63,973 nt of DNA, filler included, from 9 parts of 9 records of this genome joined end to end with filler, not necessarily neighbours in it, one strand, 5' to 3'; shown: positions 28,788 to 40,157, numbered from the whole stretch's first letter. Notes: generated by a model not told the origin, from the letters alone. Numbers and translations: made by a program.

Positions 28788-29927
28788 ATGCGTGTCACGT
28801 TGCAGGCGGTGCGTCTGCACGGCCCGGTGTCGCGCCCCGAACTGGCGCAGATCACCGGCCTGACGCCTCAGGCCATTGCCTATATGTGCCGCGAACTCAT
28901 CGACGAAGGTCTGGTCCACGAAACCGGGCGCCGGCGTGGCGGCCGCGGACAGCCGGCGGCGGAACTGGCGATCAACCCGAATGGCGGCTATTCGCTTGGC
29001 GTCAATATCGACCGCGATCACCTGACGGTCCTGCTTTCCGATTTGTCGGGCACAGTCCGCGGACGCATGCATTGGGAAGAAAATTTCATGCTTCCCGACG
29101 ATACCTTCCGGCGTGTCGAGCGGGCCCATGCCGATCTGTTGGCGGACGCCGGCCTGGAACCCGACGATCTGGCCGGGGTCGGGCTGGCCATTCCCTACAA
29201 GATCGGATACCAGCGATCGATCATCACGCCGCGGTCCTATGCCCTTTGGCACGACTATCCGGCCCGTGAGCGTCTGCACGAGATCACCGGCCGGCCGGTC
29301 TATCAGGAAAACGACGCCTCGGCCGCGGCTTTCGCCGAAATCCAGTACGGCCTGGGCATCGAATACCGGAATTTCTTTTACATCTTCATCGGTATCGGCC
29401 TCGGCGGTGGATTGGTCGTCAACGGTGACTATGTCCCCGGCGCCAACGGCCACGGCGGCGAGGTCGGGTTCATCCCGTCGATCAACGGTTCCGGCAGGCC
29501 CGAGGCCGGCCACAATGTTCAGGCCGACGTCTCGTTGGGATCCCTGTATGCGCGCCTAAGCAAGACCGGCACCGAGGCCGCCAATCCCGACGACCTGGAT
29601 GTCCTGCACACCAAAAAATGCAGGGCGACGGCGGCGTGGGTGGAACAGGCCTCGGAAAGCCTTCTGATGACGCTGCTGACGGTCATTTGCGTCGTCAATC
29701 CCGAGGCGATTTTGATCGGCGGCCGGCTGCCGGCTTCGCTGATCGATGACCTGATCGTCGCTTCCGAGGAACGCCTGCTTCCCTTCCGCAACAGCCTGCC
29801 GTCCTTCCCGCCGATACGAAGGGCCGCCTGTTCGCCCGACGCGCCGGCCGTCGGTGCGACAATTCTGCCGTTTTCCGAGCTGTTTTTCCCGCGTACGGAC
29901 GGCATTCTCATCCGGGGGGAATCATGA
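28788..29927 (+). CDS. ROK family transcriptional regulator (possibly 5'-truncated)
   Basis: N-terminal HTH (SRPELAQITGLT), ENDA, GIGLGGG, GEVG. Confidence 0.88.
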   Translation: MRVTLQAVRLHGPVSRPELAQITGLTPQAIAYMCRELIDEGLVHETGRRRGGRGQPAAELAINPNGGYSLGVNIDRDHLTVLLSDLSGTVRGRMHWEENFMLPDDTFRRVERAHADLLADAGLEPDDLAGVGLAIPYKIGYQRSIITPRSYALWHDYPARERLHEITGRPVYQENDASAAAFAEIQYGLGIEYRNFFYIFIGIGLGGGLVVNGDYVPGANGHGGEVGFIPSINGSGRPEAGHNVQADVSLGSLYARLSKTGTEAANPDDLDVLHTKKCRATAAWVEQASESLLMTLLTVICVVNPEAILIGGRLPASLIDDLIVASEERLLPFRNSLPSFPPIRRAACSPDAPAVGATILPFSELFFPRTDGILIRGES

Positions 29928-30901
29928 ACTCCCTCGACGGAAGCGCTACCCTGTCCGGGCAGACGATCGCCGCCGACGGCGATCATGCGTTCCGCATCGG
30001 GATCGATCTCGGCGGCACCAAATGCGCCGGCGTCATCCTCGATCGGGAAGGGGCGGAAATCGCTTCGTCGCGGCTGCCGACGCCGCGCGGAGACTATGAC
30101 GGCACCGTCGCCACCATCGCCGAGACGGTGGAACAACTGTCAAACCTGGTCGCCGGCGAAACCACCGTCGGCGTCGGTATGCCGGGCATCGTCGATCCGC
30201 ACACCCGGCAGGTCAAAAACTGCAATGCGATCTGGATACAGGGGCACGACTTCAAGAAAGACCTTCAGCAGGCCCTCGGCTGTCCGGTTCTGATTGCCAA
30301 CGACGGCAACTGCTTTACCATCGCCGAAGCCCGCGACGGCGCCGGCCGCGGTGCCGGAATTGTGTTCGGGGCGACGCTTGGAACCGGCTGCGGCGGCGGC
30401 ATCGTCATCAACGGCCACCTGCTGACCGGGCTCAACGGCATCGCCGGCGAATGGGGCCACTCGCCGATGCCTTGGCAAAGCCGCCAGGAACTGCCGGTCC
30501 GGTCGTGCTTTTGCGGTGGTGCCGATTGCGTCGAACAATACCTGTCGGGCGGCGGGCTGGCGCGGACCTACGCCGGTATTTCGGGCCATGAAATCGAAGC
30601 CCGAGACCTGCCGGCGCTCCTTGATGCCGGCGACAAGAATGCCGAACGGGCCCTGGGCCGATACGAGGATCATTTGGCACAGGCGCTTGCCGCCGTCGTC
30701 AATCTTCTCGATCCCGATGTGATCGTTCTCGGCGGCGGTGTTTCGAATATCGGACGTATCTACGAGAACGTGCCGGCGCTGGTCGGGAAGTACGCATTTT
30801 CCGATCAGATCAAAACGTCAGTCGTGAAGGCCGTCCATGGCGATGCCGCCGGCGTCCGCGGCGCCGCTTTTTTATGGGAGGGAATGAACACTGGCTCTTG
30901 A
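29924..30901 (+). CDS. ROK family sugar kinase (fructokinase/Mak-like)
   Basis: GIDLGGTK, NDGNC, GTGCGGG, AGEWGH, CFCG..DC.E. Confidence 0.88.
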   Translation: MNSLDGSATLSGQTIAADGDHAFRIGIDLGGTKCAGVILDREGAEIASSRLPTPRGDYDGTVATIAETVEQLSNLVAGETTVGVGMPGIVDPHTRQVKNCNAIWIQGHDFKKDLQQALGCPVLIANDGNCFTIAEARDGAGRGAGIVFGATLGTGCGGGIVINGHLLTGLNGIAGEWGHSPMPWQSRQELPVRSCFCGGADCVEQYLSGGGLARTYAGISGHEIEARDLPALLDAGDKNAERALGRYEDHLAQALAAVVNLLDPDVIVLGGGVSNIGRIYENVPALVGKYAFSDQIKTSVVKAVHGDAAGVRGAAFLWEGMNTGS

Positions 30902-31018
30902 ATTATTAAAAAGTTTTGGTTTAATTGGTGCATCGCGGGCGCAAATAAAATATGCAAAATCCGTGATACAGGGTACGGGGCGGCCGTCAGGCGGTCGCCG
31001 AAGGGGAGCAAACTTCGC

Positions 31019-31405
31019 GTGAGCAACGAAGAAGCGCGTAGCAATGCCTACGAAGTCGGGGCATCGGACACCCGGCCATGGGGAACCTGGCGGGTGCTTG
31101 ATGTCGGCGACGGGTACGCGGTCAAGCGCATAAGCGTCTTGGTCGGCGGCAAGCTGTCTTTGCAAAGGCACCGCCATCGGGCCGAACACTGGACGCTGGT
31201 TGCCGGATCGGCGCGGGTCCAGATCGACGACGATATCCGTTGCTTTAACGTCAACGAAACCTTGTTCATTCCGCTGGGCGCCCTTCATCGCATCGAAAAC
31301 ATCGGTGACGACGAGGTCGTGTTCATCGAGGTCCAGTGCGGCGACGTGCTGGATGAAAACGATATCGAACGGCTTCAAGACGAGTACGGAAGAATTCCTG
31401 AGTAG
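31019..31405 (+). CDS. Mannose-6-phosphate isomerase type II C-terminal cupin
   Basis: RPWG, LSLQRHRHRAEHW, HRIEN, IEVQ.G..L.E.DI.R..D.YGR. Confidence 0.88.
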   Translation: MSNEEARSNAYEVGASDTRPWGTWRVLDVGDGYAVKRISVLVGGKLSLQRHRHRAEHWTLVAGSARVQIDDDIRCFNVNETLFIPLGALHRIENIGDDEVVFIEVQCGDVLDENDIERLQDEYGRIPE

Positions 31406-31609
31406 CGACAGACCGAGAGGTGAGTTCAAAGGCAATCGGAGCAACCACAGACGATTCAACAGGGAGGTTTGGCCGAGGACGTGGCTGGTCAGCGGTCGGA
31501 TGCCGAAATTTCAGGAAACGGTGTCGCTCCATCCAGCCGGATTGCGAAAAAGGCCGAACGGCCACGCAATCCCAAATAAACGTTTGGCTTTAGTAGGAGG
31601 CTAGGAACA

Positions 31610-32869
31610 ATGCACATTCGTAAAGCGACATTATCGATTCTGGGCGCGGCCGCCATGACCATGGCTGCCTCGGCTCCGGCATCGGCCGACGGTTCCGTCG
31701 AGGTGATCCACTGGTGGACGTCCGGCGGCGAGGCGAAAGCCCTCAACGTTCTCAAGAAAAACCTTGAAAAACAGGGTATCGAATGGATCGACGGCGCCGT
31801 CGCCGGCGGCGGCGGCGACCAGGCCCGGACCGTGCTGAAAGCCCGCGTTGCGGCCGGCAACCCGCCGACCACCATGCAGCAACTCGGCTTCGCCATTCTC
31901 GATTTCGCCGATGCCGAATTGCTTGGTAACCTCAACGACCTGGCCGCCAAGGAAGGCTGGGACGCGGTCGTTCCCGATGCTCTGAAACGTTTCGTCAGGC
32001 CGGACGGCACCTGGGTTGCGGCGCCGGTCAACGTCCATACCACCAACTGGGTATGGGCCAACAAGGCGATCTTCGACAAGGTCGGCGTCAAGGTCCCGAC
32101 AACCTGGGACGAATTCGTCGCTGTCGCCGACAAGATCAAGGCCGCCGGCATCACGCCGATCGCCTGGGGCGGACAGGCCTGGCAGGAAGCGACCGTGGTC
32201 GACGCCCTGGTCAACTCGACCGGCGGTACCGACTTCTACAAGAAGACCCTCGTCGACATGGACCAGGACGCGCTGAAGTCCGACACCATGGTCGAGGTCT
32301 TCAAGCGCCTGCGCAAGCTCAACGACTACGTCGATCCGAACTATCCGAACCGTGACTGGAACCTGGCCACCGCCATGGTCATCAACGGCGAAGCCGCCAT
32401 GCAGATGATGGGCGACTGGGCAAAGGGCGAATTCATTGCCGCCAAGAAGGTTCCGAACGAAGACTTCCTGTGCTTCCGTTTCCCCGGCACCCAGGGTTCG
32501 GTGACGTTCAACTCCGACGCCTTCGCCATGTTCAAGGTCGGCGATGCGGCCAAAGCCAATCAGATGGCCCTGGCCAGCGCCATCATGTCGCCGGAATTCC
32601 AGGAAGCCTTCAACATCGTCAAGGGCTCGGCTCCGGCGCGCATCGACGTCTCCGGCGCCAACTTCGACGCCTGCGGCCAGAAGGCCATCAAGGAACTCGC
32701 CGAAGCCGCCAAGGCGGACAAGATGATGGGCTCCATGGCCCATGGTCATGGTGTTCCGGAATCCGTCAAGGGCGCCATGTACGATGTCATCACCAGCTAC
32801 TTCAGCTCCGACATGTCGGCCGAAGAAGCAGCGAAAAAACTGGCTGAAGGCGTAGCCTTGGCCCAATAA
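31610..32869 (+). CDS. Sugar ABC transporter substrate-binding protein (glucose/mannose type)
   Basis: Signal peptide; VEVIHWWTSGGEA, PVNVH, MGDWAKGE, FN..KGS.P.R.D. Confidence 0.92.
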   Translation: MHIRKATLSILGAAAMTMAASAPASADGSVEVIHWWTSGGEAKALNVLKKNLEKQGIEWIDGAVAGGGGDQARTVLKARVAAGNPPTTMQQLGFAILDFADAELLGNLNDLAAKEGWDAVVPDALKRFVRPDGTWVAAPVNVHTTNWVWANKAIFDKVGVKVPTTWDEFVAVADKIKAAGITPIAWGGQAWQEATVVDALVNSTGGTDFYKKTLVDMDQDALKSDTMVEVFKRLRKLNDYVDPNYPNRDWNLATAMVINGEAAMQMMGDWAKGEFIAAKKVPNEDFLCFRFPGTQGSVTFNSDAFAMFKVGDAAKANQMALASAIMSPEFQEAFNIVKGSAPARIDVSGANFDACGQKAIKELAEAAKADKMMGSMAHGHGVPESVKGAMYDVITSYFSSDMSAEEAAKKLAEGVALAQ

Positions 32870-32882
32870 TAGACTAGGGTAG

Positions 32883-32912
32883 GGCGAGCCGGGGCCGCCG
32901 CCCCGGCTCGCC
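32883..32912 (+). other. Strong intergenic hairpin after the binding-protein gene
   Basis: GGCGAGCCGGGGC-CGCC-GCCCCGGCTCGCC, 13-bp stem with no U tract; probably an mRNA-stabilising hairpin. Confidence 0.6.
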
Positions 32913-32948
32913 GCCTTCATAAAGCACGGGGACGGCAGGTTTATTTAC

Positions 32949-33872
32949 ATGAGTAGTCACATCGACAGACCGGCGGCGACCCGCGACGGCCCGATTGGCT
33001 GGCTGCAGGTGCACCTTCCGAAGATCGTCCTGTCGCCGACCCTGGCGATCACCGCCATCTTCGTCTACGGCTTCATCATCTGGACGACCTATCTGTCGTT
33101 CACCAAATCGCGCATGTTCCCGAGCCTGAAATGGGCCGGCACGTCGCCCCACGAGAAGCTTTGGGCCAATCCGGTCTGGGAAAAGGCGCTGGAAAACCTG
33201 GCCATATTTGGCATCCTCTATATCGGCTTGGCCACCATCGTCGGGCTGATGCTGGCCGTCATGCTCGATCAGAAAATCCGCAGCGAAGGGTTCATTCGCA
33301 CCATCTATCTGTATCCGATGGCGCTGTCCTTCATCGTTACCGGTACCGTCTGGAAATGGTTGCTGAACCCCGGCCTCGGCCTTGAAAAGCTGATGCACGA
33401 TATGGGGTGGCTCAGCTTCAAGTTCGATTGGATCGTCAATTCGGACATGGCGATCTACACAGTCGTTATCGCCGGTGTCTGGCAGTCGTCCGGCTTCGTC
33501 ATGGCCATGTTCCTGGCCGGGCTGAGGGCCGTCGACGACGAAATCATCAAGGCGGCCTCGATCGACGGAGCCAGTCAGCCGATCATCTATTGGAAGGTGA
33601 TCTTTCCGATGATGCGGCCGATCTTTCTTTCGTCCTTCGTCGTCCTGTCCCACCTGGCGATCAAAAGCTTCGATCTGGTCATCGCGCTGACCGGCGGCGG
33701 TCCCGGATATGCGACCGAACTTCCGGCCACCTTCATGTACAAACAGACCTTCACCCGCAACCATATCGATATCGGTTCGGCCAGCGCCGTGATGATGCTG
33801 ATAACGGTGGCGGCGATCATGGTTCCCTATCTCTATTCGGAACTGAAGGCACAGAAGGGGGCCAAGCTATGA
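32949..33872 (+). CDS. Sugar ABC transporter permease
   Basis: Six TM helices; EAA-like loop EIIKAASIDGAS; the next gene starts at ATGA 33869. Confidence 0.92.
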   Translation: MSSHIDRPAATRDGPIGWLQVHLPKIVLSPTLAITAIFVYGFIIWTTYLSFTKSRMFPSLKWAGTSPHEKLWANPVWEKALENLAIFGILYIGLATIVGLMLAVMLDQKIRSEGFIRTIYLYPMALSFIVTGTVWKWLLNPGLGLEKLMHDMGWLSFKFDWIVNSDMAIYTVVIAGVWQSSGFVMAMFLAGLRAVDDEIIKAASIDGASQPIIYWKVIFPMMRPIFLSSFVVLSHLAIKSFDLVIALTGGGPGYATELPATFMYKQTFTRNHIDIGSASAVMMLITVAAIMVPYLYSELKAQKGAKL

Positions 33873-33975
33873 GTANNNNNNNNNNNNNNNNNNNNNNNNN
33901 NNNNNNNNNNNNNNNNNNNTTAATTAATTAANNNNNNNNNNNNNNNNNNNNNNNNNNNNNNNNNNNNNNNNNNNN

Positions 33976-34058
33976 ACGACCGGGTCCTGGTGAAAGGGTC
34001 CCGCGGCATGCGCATGGAAAGAATAGTCGAACATTTGACCAGGGGAAGGAATTCTTAA
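33976..34058 (+). CDS. murF: MurF C-terminal fragment
   Basis: DRVLVKGSRGMRMERIVEHL*, directly upstream of mraY. Confidence 0.85.
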
Positions 34059-34061
34059 TTA

Positions 34062-35141
34062 ATGCTTTATCATCTTTTATATCCGCTTAGCGATTCCTTT
34101 CCTCTGTTTAACGTGTTCCGGTATATCACGTTCCGGACGATATACGCCGTGGTGACGGCCATGTTGATCAGTTTTATAGTCGCGCCCTGGTTTATCAGAA
34201 AGGTCAAGGCGTTCCAGATCCGCCAGTATGTCAGGGAAGACGGGCCGGCGTCCCACAAGGTCAAAACCGGCACTCCGACCATGGGCGGCGTGTTCATTAT
34301 GTTTTCGGTTCTGACATCGGCCCTGTTGTGGTCGAACCTGACCAGTTCCTTTGTCTGGGTGGTCATTCTGGTGGGGCTGGCATACGGCGCGGTCGGTTTC
34401 GCGGATGATTTCCTTAAGATCAAAAGGCGACACAACAAAGGATTGACGGCTAAAGGCAAGTTAATCTGGCAGGTGTTGATTGCAGCCGCCGTGGGCGTAT
34501 TCCTCTACATGCTGCCCGGTTACGACACATCGATATCCGTCCCCTTTTTCAAGGGGGTCAAGCTGCATCTGGGCGTGGGCTACATATTTTTCGTAATTCT
34601 GGTCATTGTGGGCACATCCAACGCGGTCAACCTGACCGATGGATTGGACGGCCTGGCCATCGGCCCATTCTTAATCGCCATGAGCACTTACCTTGTTTTG
34701 GCATACACGGCCGGACACACAAAGATGGCGGCCTATTTACAAGTGCCTTACGTGGCGGGGGCCGCCGAAACCACGGTTATATGCGGGGCCCTGGTCGGGG
34801 CCAGCCTGGGTTTTTTGTGGTTCAATTCATACCCGGCCCAGATTTTCATGGGCGACGTGGGTTCTCTTTCCCTGGGAGCCGTATTGGGAACGGTGGCGCT
34901 TTTGGTAAAACACGAACTGCTGTTGATACTCATTGGAGGCATATTCGTCCTGGAAGCGGTTTCGGTGATCATGCAAGTCGGATTTTTCAAAGCCACGGGC
35001 GGCAAGCGGATTTTTAAAATGGCGCCCTTGCATCATCATTTTGAATTAAAAGGCTGGGCCGAGCCCAAGGTTATAGTCAGATTTTGGATAATTGCCGGTA
35101 TTTTGAGCCTTGTGGCCCTGTCCACGTTGAAGCTGAGGTGA
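34062..35141 (+). CDS. mraY: Phospho-N-acetylmuramoyl-pentapeptide transferase
   Basis: GTPTMGG, NAVNLTDGLDGL, FMGDVGSL, MAPLHHHFE. Confidence 0.97.
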   Translation: MLYHLLYPLSDSFPLFNVFRYITFRTIYAVVTAMLISFIVAPWFIRKVKAFQIRQYVREDGPASHKVKTGTPTMGGVFIMFSVLTSALLWSNLTSSFVWVVILVGLAYGAVGFADDFLKIKRRHNKGLTAKGKLIWQVLIAAAVGVFLYMLPGYDTSISVPFFKGVKLHLGVGYIFFVILVIVGTSNAVNLTDGLDGLAIGPFLIAMSTYLVLAYTAGHTKMAAYLQVPYVAGAAETTVICGALVGASLGFLWFNSYPAQIFMGDVGSLSLGAVLGTVALLVKHELLLILIGGIFVLEAVSVIMQVGFFKATGGKRIFKMAPLHHHFELKGWAEPKVIVRFWIIAGILSLVALSTLKLR

Positions 35142-35144
35142 TTA

Positions 35145-36533
35145 ATGAACTCCCTCGCTTATAAGACGAAAAACAGCTTTCCCGACTTTGCCGGAATGAA
35201 AACGGTTGTGGTCGGGCTGGGCCGGACCGGTGAATCAACCGCGGAATTTCTGCTAAATCGAGGCGCGTCCGTGCATGCCACGGATATTGGAACTTCGGAG
35301 AATGTAAACCTGGCCGCGGGCGCCGAAAAGCTTAGAGAACTGGGCGCGGCGGTTGAATTGGGAAGCCACCGGGACAGCGCTTTTGTCGAGGCCGACCTTA
35401 TCGTGGTCAGCCCGGGCGTGCCGCCGACCATAGCGCCCCTGGAAAAAGCGCGTAAAAGAGGCGTGAAGATAACCGGTGAAATCGAACTGGCCTCGCTATT
35501 TGTCACTTCGCCCATTGTGGCTGTGACCGGGACGAACGGCAAAACCACGACCACGAGCCTGATAGGCGAGATATTCAAGGCCGGGGGCAATAAAGTTTTT
35601 GTGGGCGGCAATATCGGCGATCCATTGATCGGTCAAGTTATGAGCGGCGACGAGGTGGACGTATTGGTCGTGGAAGTTTCCAGTTTTCAGCTTGAAACAG
35701 TGGAAACGTTCCGGCCCAAGGTCGGAGTGCTCTTGAACCTGTCTCCCGACCACCTGGACCGGTATCCGGACGAGCACTCATATTACGAGGCCAAGACAAG
35801 GCTGTTCCAAAGACAGGGGCCTGAAGATTTTGCGGTATTGAACAGGGACGATCCGAATTCGATGGCCATACCAGGGGCGGCGAGAAAATTGACATTCAGC
35901 CGTAAATATAAGGTGAAAAACGGCGCGCACCTGGACGAAGGCAGGATAGTTCTGGTCAGGGAAGGCGCCCGCCTGGCGGAGTTGCCAGTGGGAGAGTTGT
36001 CCCTGATCGGGTCCCACAACCAGGAAAACGTCATGGCCGCTCTCACGGCTTCGACGGCCATGGGAATTGAGCCGTCAACGGCTTGCCGCGCCGCGGCCGG
36101 TTTCAAGGGGCTGCCTCACCGGCTGGAATTCGTGGGCGAATACAAGGGAGTCCGTTACTACAACGATTCCAAGGGCACCAACGTGGGAGCGGTATTGAAG
36201 TCTTTGGGCGGCTTTTCCGATCCGGTGATATTGATTGCCGGGGGCAGGGACAAGGACAGCGATTTCGGTTTATTGAAGCCGTTAGTCAGGGAGCGGGTCA
36301 AGCTTGCCATCTTGCTGGGCGAAGCCGGCTCCCGGATAAATGATGCTTTGGGCGGGGCCGCCGAAACGGCAATGGTCGGAGACATGGCCGAGGCCGTGGC
36401 CCTGGCTTCAAATCGTGCGGATACAGGCGACGTGGTCCTGCTTTCGCCGGCCTGCGCCAGCTTTGACATGTTTGACAGCTACGGACACCGGGGCCGGGTG
36501 TTTACGGACCTGGTAGGAGAGTTAGGGTCATGA
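35145..36533 (+). CDS. murD: UDP-MurNAc-L-Ala--D-Glu ligase
   Basis: TGTNGKTTT, EVSSFQL, DHLDRY, NDSKGTN, LSPACASFD. Confidence 0.96.
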   Translation: MNSLAYKTKNSFPDFAGMKTVVVGLGRTGESTAEFLLNRGASVHATDIGTSENVNLAAGAEKLRELGAAVELGSHRDSAFVEADLIVVSPGVPPTIAPLEKARKRGVKITGEIELASLFVTSPIVAVTGTNGKTTTTSLIGEIFKAGGNKVFVGGNIGDPLIGQVMSGDEVDVLVVEVSSFQLETVETFRPKVGVLLNLSPDHLDRYPDEHSYYEAKTRLFQRQGPEDFAVLNRDDPNSMAIPGAARKLTFSRKYKVKNGAHLDEGRIVLVREGARLAELPVGELSLIGSHNQENVMAALTASTAMGIEPSTACRAAAGFKGLPHRLEFVGEYKGVRYYNDSKGTNVGAVLKSLGGFSDPVILIAGGRDKDSDFGLLKPLVRERVKLAILLGEAGSRINDALGGAAETAMVGDMAEAVALASNRADTGDVVLLSPACASFDMFDSYGHRGRVFTDLVGELGS

Positions 36534-37669
36534 CAGCGGAAGCCGCTCCCCGGAACAATATGGATTATATAATCCTGCTCATTACGATGACCCTGGCCGC
36601 AACGGGCCTGGTCATGGTTTATTCTTCGAGCTTCATTATGTCGGAGACAAGATTCGGGGACCCGTATTATTTTTTCCGTCCGCAGGTGGTTTATGTAATT
36701 TTCGGAATGACGCTCATGCTTATAACAAGGCACATACCCTACCAGCTTTTTTGTCGTCTTTCGTACCTGATCTTGCTGGTTACGGTAACCGCCTTGATCC
36801 TGGTTCTGATCCCCGGTGTCGGCCACCGGGTAGGCGGGGCCAGCCGTTGGCTGCGGTTTGCCGGACTATCTTTTCAGCCGTCGGAACTGGCCAAGCTGGC
36901 CCTGGTGATTTACCTGGCCTATTCGCTGGCGGCAAAAAGGGAAAAGATAAGGCAGTTTGCTTATGGATTGTTCCCGCACCTGATCGTGCTGGCGGTTCTC
37001 GTTCCCCTGGTTCTTTCCGAGCCGGACTTGGGTTCCGCGGTTATTCTGTGCCTTATCGCCGTAATCATGATGTTCGCGGCCGGGGTGCCGTTCAGTTATC
37101 TTTTTTCACTGCTTATGCTGGCGGCGCCCGTGGTTTACTTGCTGATTATAAGAAGCCCTTACCGCCTGAGCCGGGTTGCGGCATACCTGAGGCCTTGGGA
37201 CGATCCCCAGGGCGCCGGGTATCACATTATCCATTCTTTTTTGGCTTTTGCCTCGGGCGGACTTACCGGCGTGGGGCCTGGAGGAAGCAACCAGAAGCTT
37301 TTCTACCTGCCGGAGCCGCATACGGATTTTATTTTTTCCGTGGTCGGCGAGGAGCTTGGATTTATCGGAGTGGCCCTTATAGCGCTGTTGTTTCTGGTGC
37401 TTGTCGCGCGGGGCCTGATGGTGGCCATGAATTCTTATGAACTCGAAGGCACTTATATGGCACTGGGCCTGACCATGATCATCGGGCTCCAGGCTTTCAT
37501 GAACATGGCCGTAGTGACAGGCCTGTTGCCGACCAAGGGCCTGATCCTTCCGTTCTTCAGTTATGGAGGGTCGGCCATGGTGATCAATTTTATCTGTATC
37601 GGCATTCTGCTGAATATTTCAAGCCAGGGCAAGCCGACGGCGGCCAAGGCAAGGAGCAAGAATGCATAG
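36530..37669 (+). CDS. ftsW: Peptidoglycan polymerase FtsW
   Basis: GASRW, FQPSELAK, PDLG, LPEPHTDFIF, PFFSYGGS. Confidence 0.96.
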   Translation: MTAEAAPRNNMDYIILLITMTLAATGLVMVYSSSFIMSETRFGDPYYFFRPQVVYVIFGMTLMLITRHIPYQLFCRLSYLILLVTVTALILVLIPGVGHRVGGASRWLRFAGLSFQPSELAKLALVIYLAYSLAAKREKIRQFAYGLFPHLIVLAVLVPLVLSEPDLGSAVILCLIAVIMMFAAGVPFSYLFSLLMLAAPVVYLLIIRSPYRLSRVAAYLRPWDDPQGAGYHIIHSFLAFASGGLTGVGPGGSNQKLFYLPEPHTDFIFSVVGEELGFIGVALIALLFLVLVARGLMVAMNSYELEGTYMALGLTMIIGLQAFMNMAVVTGLLPTKGLILPFFSYGGSAMVINFICIGILLNISSQGKPTAAKARSKNA

Positions 37670-38768
37670 ATTCCTGGTAGCGGGCGGCGGAACAGGCGGC
37701 CACCTTTTTCCCGGCGTGGCCGTGGCCGAGGAATTTCTACGCCGGGACCCGGGGACTGAAATACTTTTCGTGGGTACGGGTCGTCCGGTTGAAAAGGAGA
37801 TTTTGGGCGCCAGGGGTCTGAAAAACAGGTCTATCACTGCCGCGGGTTTGAAAGGCAAAAGCATGATTGGGAGACTGAAATCATTATTTTCCCTGCCGCT
37901 GGGACTTTTTCAGTCATTAGGCGTGATTTTCAAATTCAAGCCGGACATGGTTTTCGGCGTGGGCGGGTATGTATCGGGACCGGTGAGCGTGGCGGCCAGG
38001 CTGATGGGCGTGCCCACGGCCATACACGAACAGAATTCGGTTCCCGGCATGACCAACCGTTTGCTGGGCAAGCTGGTCAACCTTGTTTTCATCAGCTTCA
38101 GGTCGAGTGGGAACCATTTTCCGACAGGCAAAGTGCATTTGACCGGGAATCCCATAAGAAAGGAAATCATCGAAGCGGCCGGAAGCGAGGGATCGAAAAA
38201 TTCAGAGGGATTCGTGGTTATGACGGCCGGCGGAAGCCAGGGCGCCCACGCGGTTAACGAAGCCATGGTTGAGGCCATCAGAATTGCGGCCGGCAAAATT
38301 GACAACCTTTCTGTAATTCATCAGACCGGCTCGGCTGACTGCGAACGGATGGCGGAAGCTTACAAAGAGATGGGAGTCCGGGCCGAGGTGCAGGCTTTTA
38401 TAACGAATATGGAAAGGGCTTATTTGGAAGCGGACCTGATAATCTGCCGGGCCGGAGCATTGACCGTGGCTGAAGTCGCGGCCATGGGCAGGCCGGCCGT
38501 ATTCATTCCCCTGCCGACAGCGGCGGACAACCACCAGGAAATCAACGCACGTTCATTGGTTGATGAAGGCGCCGCGGAGATAATATTGCAGACTGATTTG
38601 ACGCCGGAATTATTGGCCGAAAGGTTGACGACGCTGGCCGGAGATAGGGAAAGGCTGCGGGACATGGGAAAACGAGCCCTTGAGGCCGCCCTTCCAAACG
38701 CAACCGAAAAAATATGCGACATTTGCGACGCTTACATCAGGAAGCGCGCTGGTCAGGATAACGGGTGA
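37662..38768 (+). CDS. murG: Lipid I GlcNAc transferase
   Basis: GGGTGGHLFP, HEQN, TGNP.R, GGSQGA, RAGA.T.AE, HQ..NA. Confidence 0.96.
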   Translation: MHRFLVAGGGTGGHLFPGVAVAEEFLRRDPGTEILFVGTGRPVEKEILGARGLKNRSITAAGLKGKSMIGRLKSLFSLPLGLFQSLGVIFKFKPDMVFGVGGYVSGPVSVAARLMGVPTAIHEQNSVPGMTNRLLGKLVNLVFISFRSSGNHFPTGKVHLTGNPIRKEIIEAAGSEGSKNSEGFVVMTAGGSQGAHAVNEAMVEAIRIAAGKIDNLSVIHQTGSADCERMAEAYKEMGVRAEVQAFITNMERAYLEADLIICRAGALTVAEVAAMGRPAVFIPLPTAADNHQEINARSLVDEGAAEIILQTDLTPELLAERLTTLAGDRERLRDMGKRALEAALPNATEKICDICDAYIRKRAGQDNG

Positions 38769-38771
38769 TTT

Positions 38772-40157
38772 TTGTTTAGAAAGCAGCGACATATACATTT
38801 TGTCGGCATCGGCGGCATAGGCATGAGCGGCATAGCCGAAGTGCTTATCAACCTCGGGCACATTGTAAGCGGGTCTGATTTAAAGGAATCGGAAACGACC
38901 CACAGACTGGCCGCCCTGGGGGCCAGGATATTCATAGGGCACAAGGCGGAAAACGCGGCCAGGGCGGACGTGGTGGTCATGTCTTCGGCGGTTGCCCAGG
39001 AAAACGTGGAAATAGAGGCGGCTCACAAGGATTTTACGCCGGTGATCCCCAGAGCGGAAATGCTGGCCGAACTGATGAGGTTGAAATATTCGGTGGCCGT
39101 GGCCGGTTCTCACGGCAAGACGACCACAACCAGTATAGTCGGAACGATACTGGGCGCGGCAGATATGGATCCGACCATGGTCATCGGCGGGAAGCTGGAC
39201 AGCATAGGTTCCAACGCCCGGTTGGGCCAGGGCGACTTTCTGGTGGCCGAAGCGGATGAGAGCGACGGTTCTTTCCTGATGCTTTCCCCGACCATAGCCG
39301 TGGTTACGAACATTGACCTGGAGCACCTGGACTACTACCGGGACCTGGATCATATAAAGGAGACTTTCCTTACTTTTATTAATAAAGTTCCTTTTTACGG
39401 GTCGGCTGTCATCTGCCTGGACGACCCCAACGTTCAGAACCTTATACCGGATATCAGAAAACGGTACATAACTTATGGACTGACCGCCCAGGCGGATATA
39501 AGAGCCGCCGACCTGGAGTTGACCGGTTGGGGCAGCAGGTTCAGGCTTATCGTCAAGGACGAGGACCTGGGCGTGGTTGAGACAGGTCTGCCGGGGCAGC
39601 ACAATGTTTTAAATTCCCTGGCCGCGGCCGGGGCGGCCCTGGAACTTGAGGTTCCGCCGGAGGCCATTGCCAGGGGATTGAAGGAAGCCGGCGGCATTCA
39701 TCGGAGGTTCTATTTCAAGGGCGAGGCCGGTGGAATTACGGTTATTGACGACTATGGCCATCACCCGACTGAAATACGGGCGACCTTGCAGGCCATGAGG
39801 GCCTGTTATCCGGACAGGCGCGTGATCGTTCTCTTTCAGCCTCACCGGTACAGCCGCACCGAAGCCTTGTTTGAGGAGTTCGCAACAGCGTTCAACAGCG
39901 CCGACCGGTTGATGCTAACAGAGATATATCCGGCCGGAGAGGCGCCCATCCCGGGCATTAACGGGGGAAAGCTGTTTGAATCGGTCAGGCTGCACGGCCA
40001 TAGGGACGTGGCATTTGTGGAAGACAGGAAAGATCTGCCCGCGAAAGCGGTTGCCGGTTTGGAATCCGGGGATGTGGTGTTGACCCTGGGCGCCGGCAAC
40101 ATCTGGCAGGCTGGAGAAGAAATTCTGGAGCTTTTGAGGAATGAAGTCCGAGCATAG
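38772..40157 (+). CDS. murC: UDP-MurNAc--L-Ala ligase
   Basis: [47 protein letters not shown]. Confidence 0.96.
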   Translation: MFRKQRHIHFVGIGGIGMSGIAEVLINLGHIVSGSDLKESETTHRLAALGARIFIGHKAENAARADVVVMSSAVAQENVEIEAAHKDFTPVIPRAEMLAELMRLKYSVAVAGSHGKTTTTSIVGTILGAADMDPTMVIGGKLDSIGSNARLGQGDFLVAEADESDGSFLMLSPTIAVVTNIDLEHLDYYRDLDHIKETFLTFINKVPFYGSAVICLDDPNVQNLIPDIRKRYITYGLTAQADIRAADLELTGWGSRFRLIVKDEDLGVVETGLPGQHNVLNSLAAAGAALELEVPPEAIARGLKEAGGIHRRFYFKGEAGGITVIDDYGHHPTEIRATLQAMRACYPDRRVIVLFQPHRYSRTEALFEEFATAFNSADRLMLTEIYPAGEAPIPGINGGKLFESVRLHGHRDVAFVEDRKDLPAKAVAGLESGDVVLTLGAGNIWQAGEEILELLRNEVRA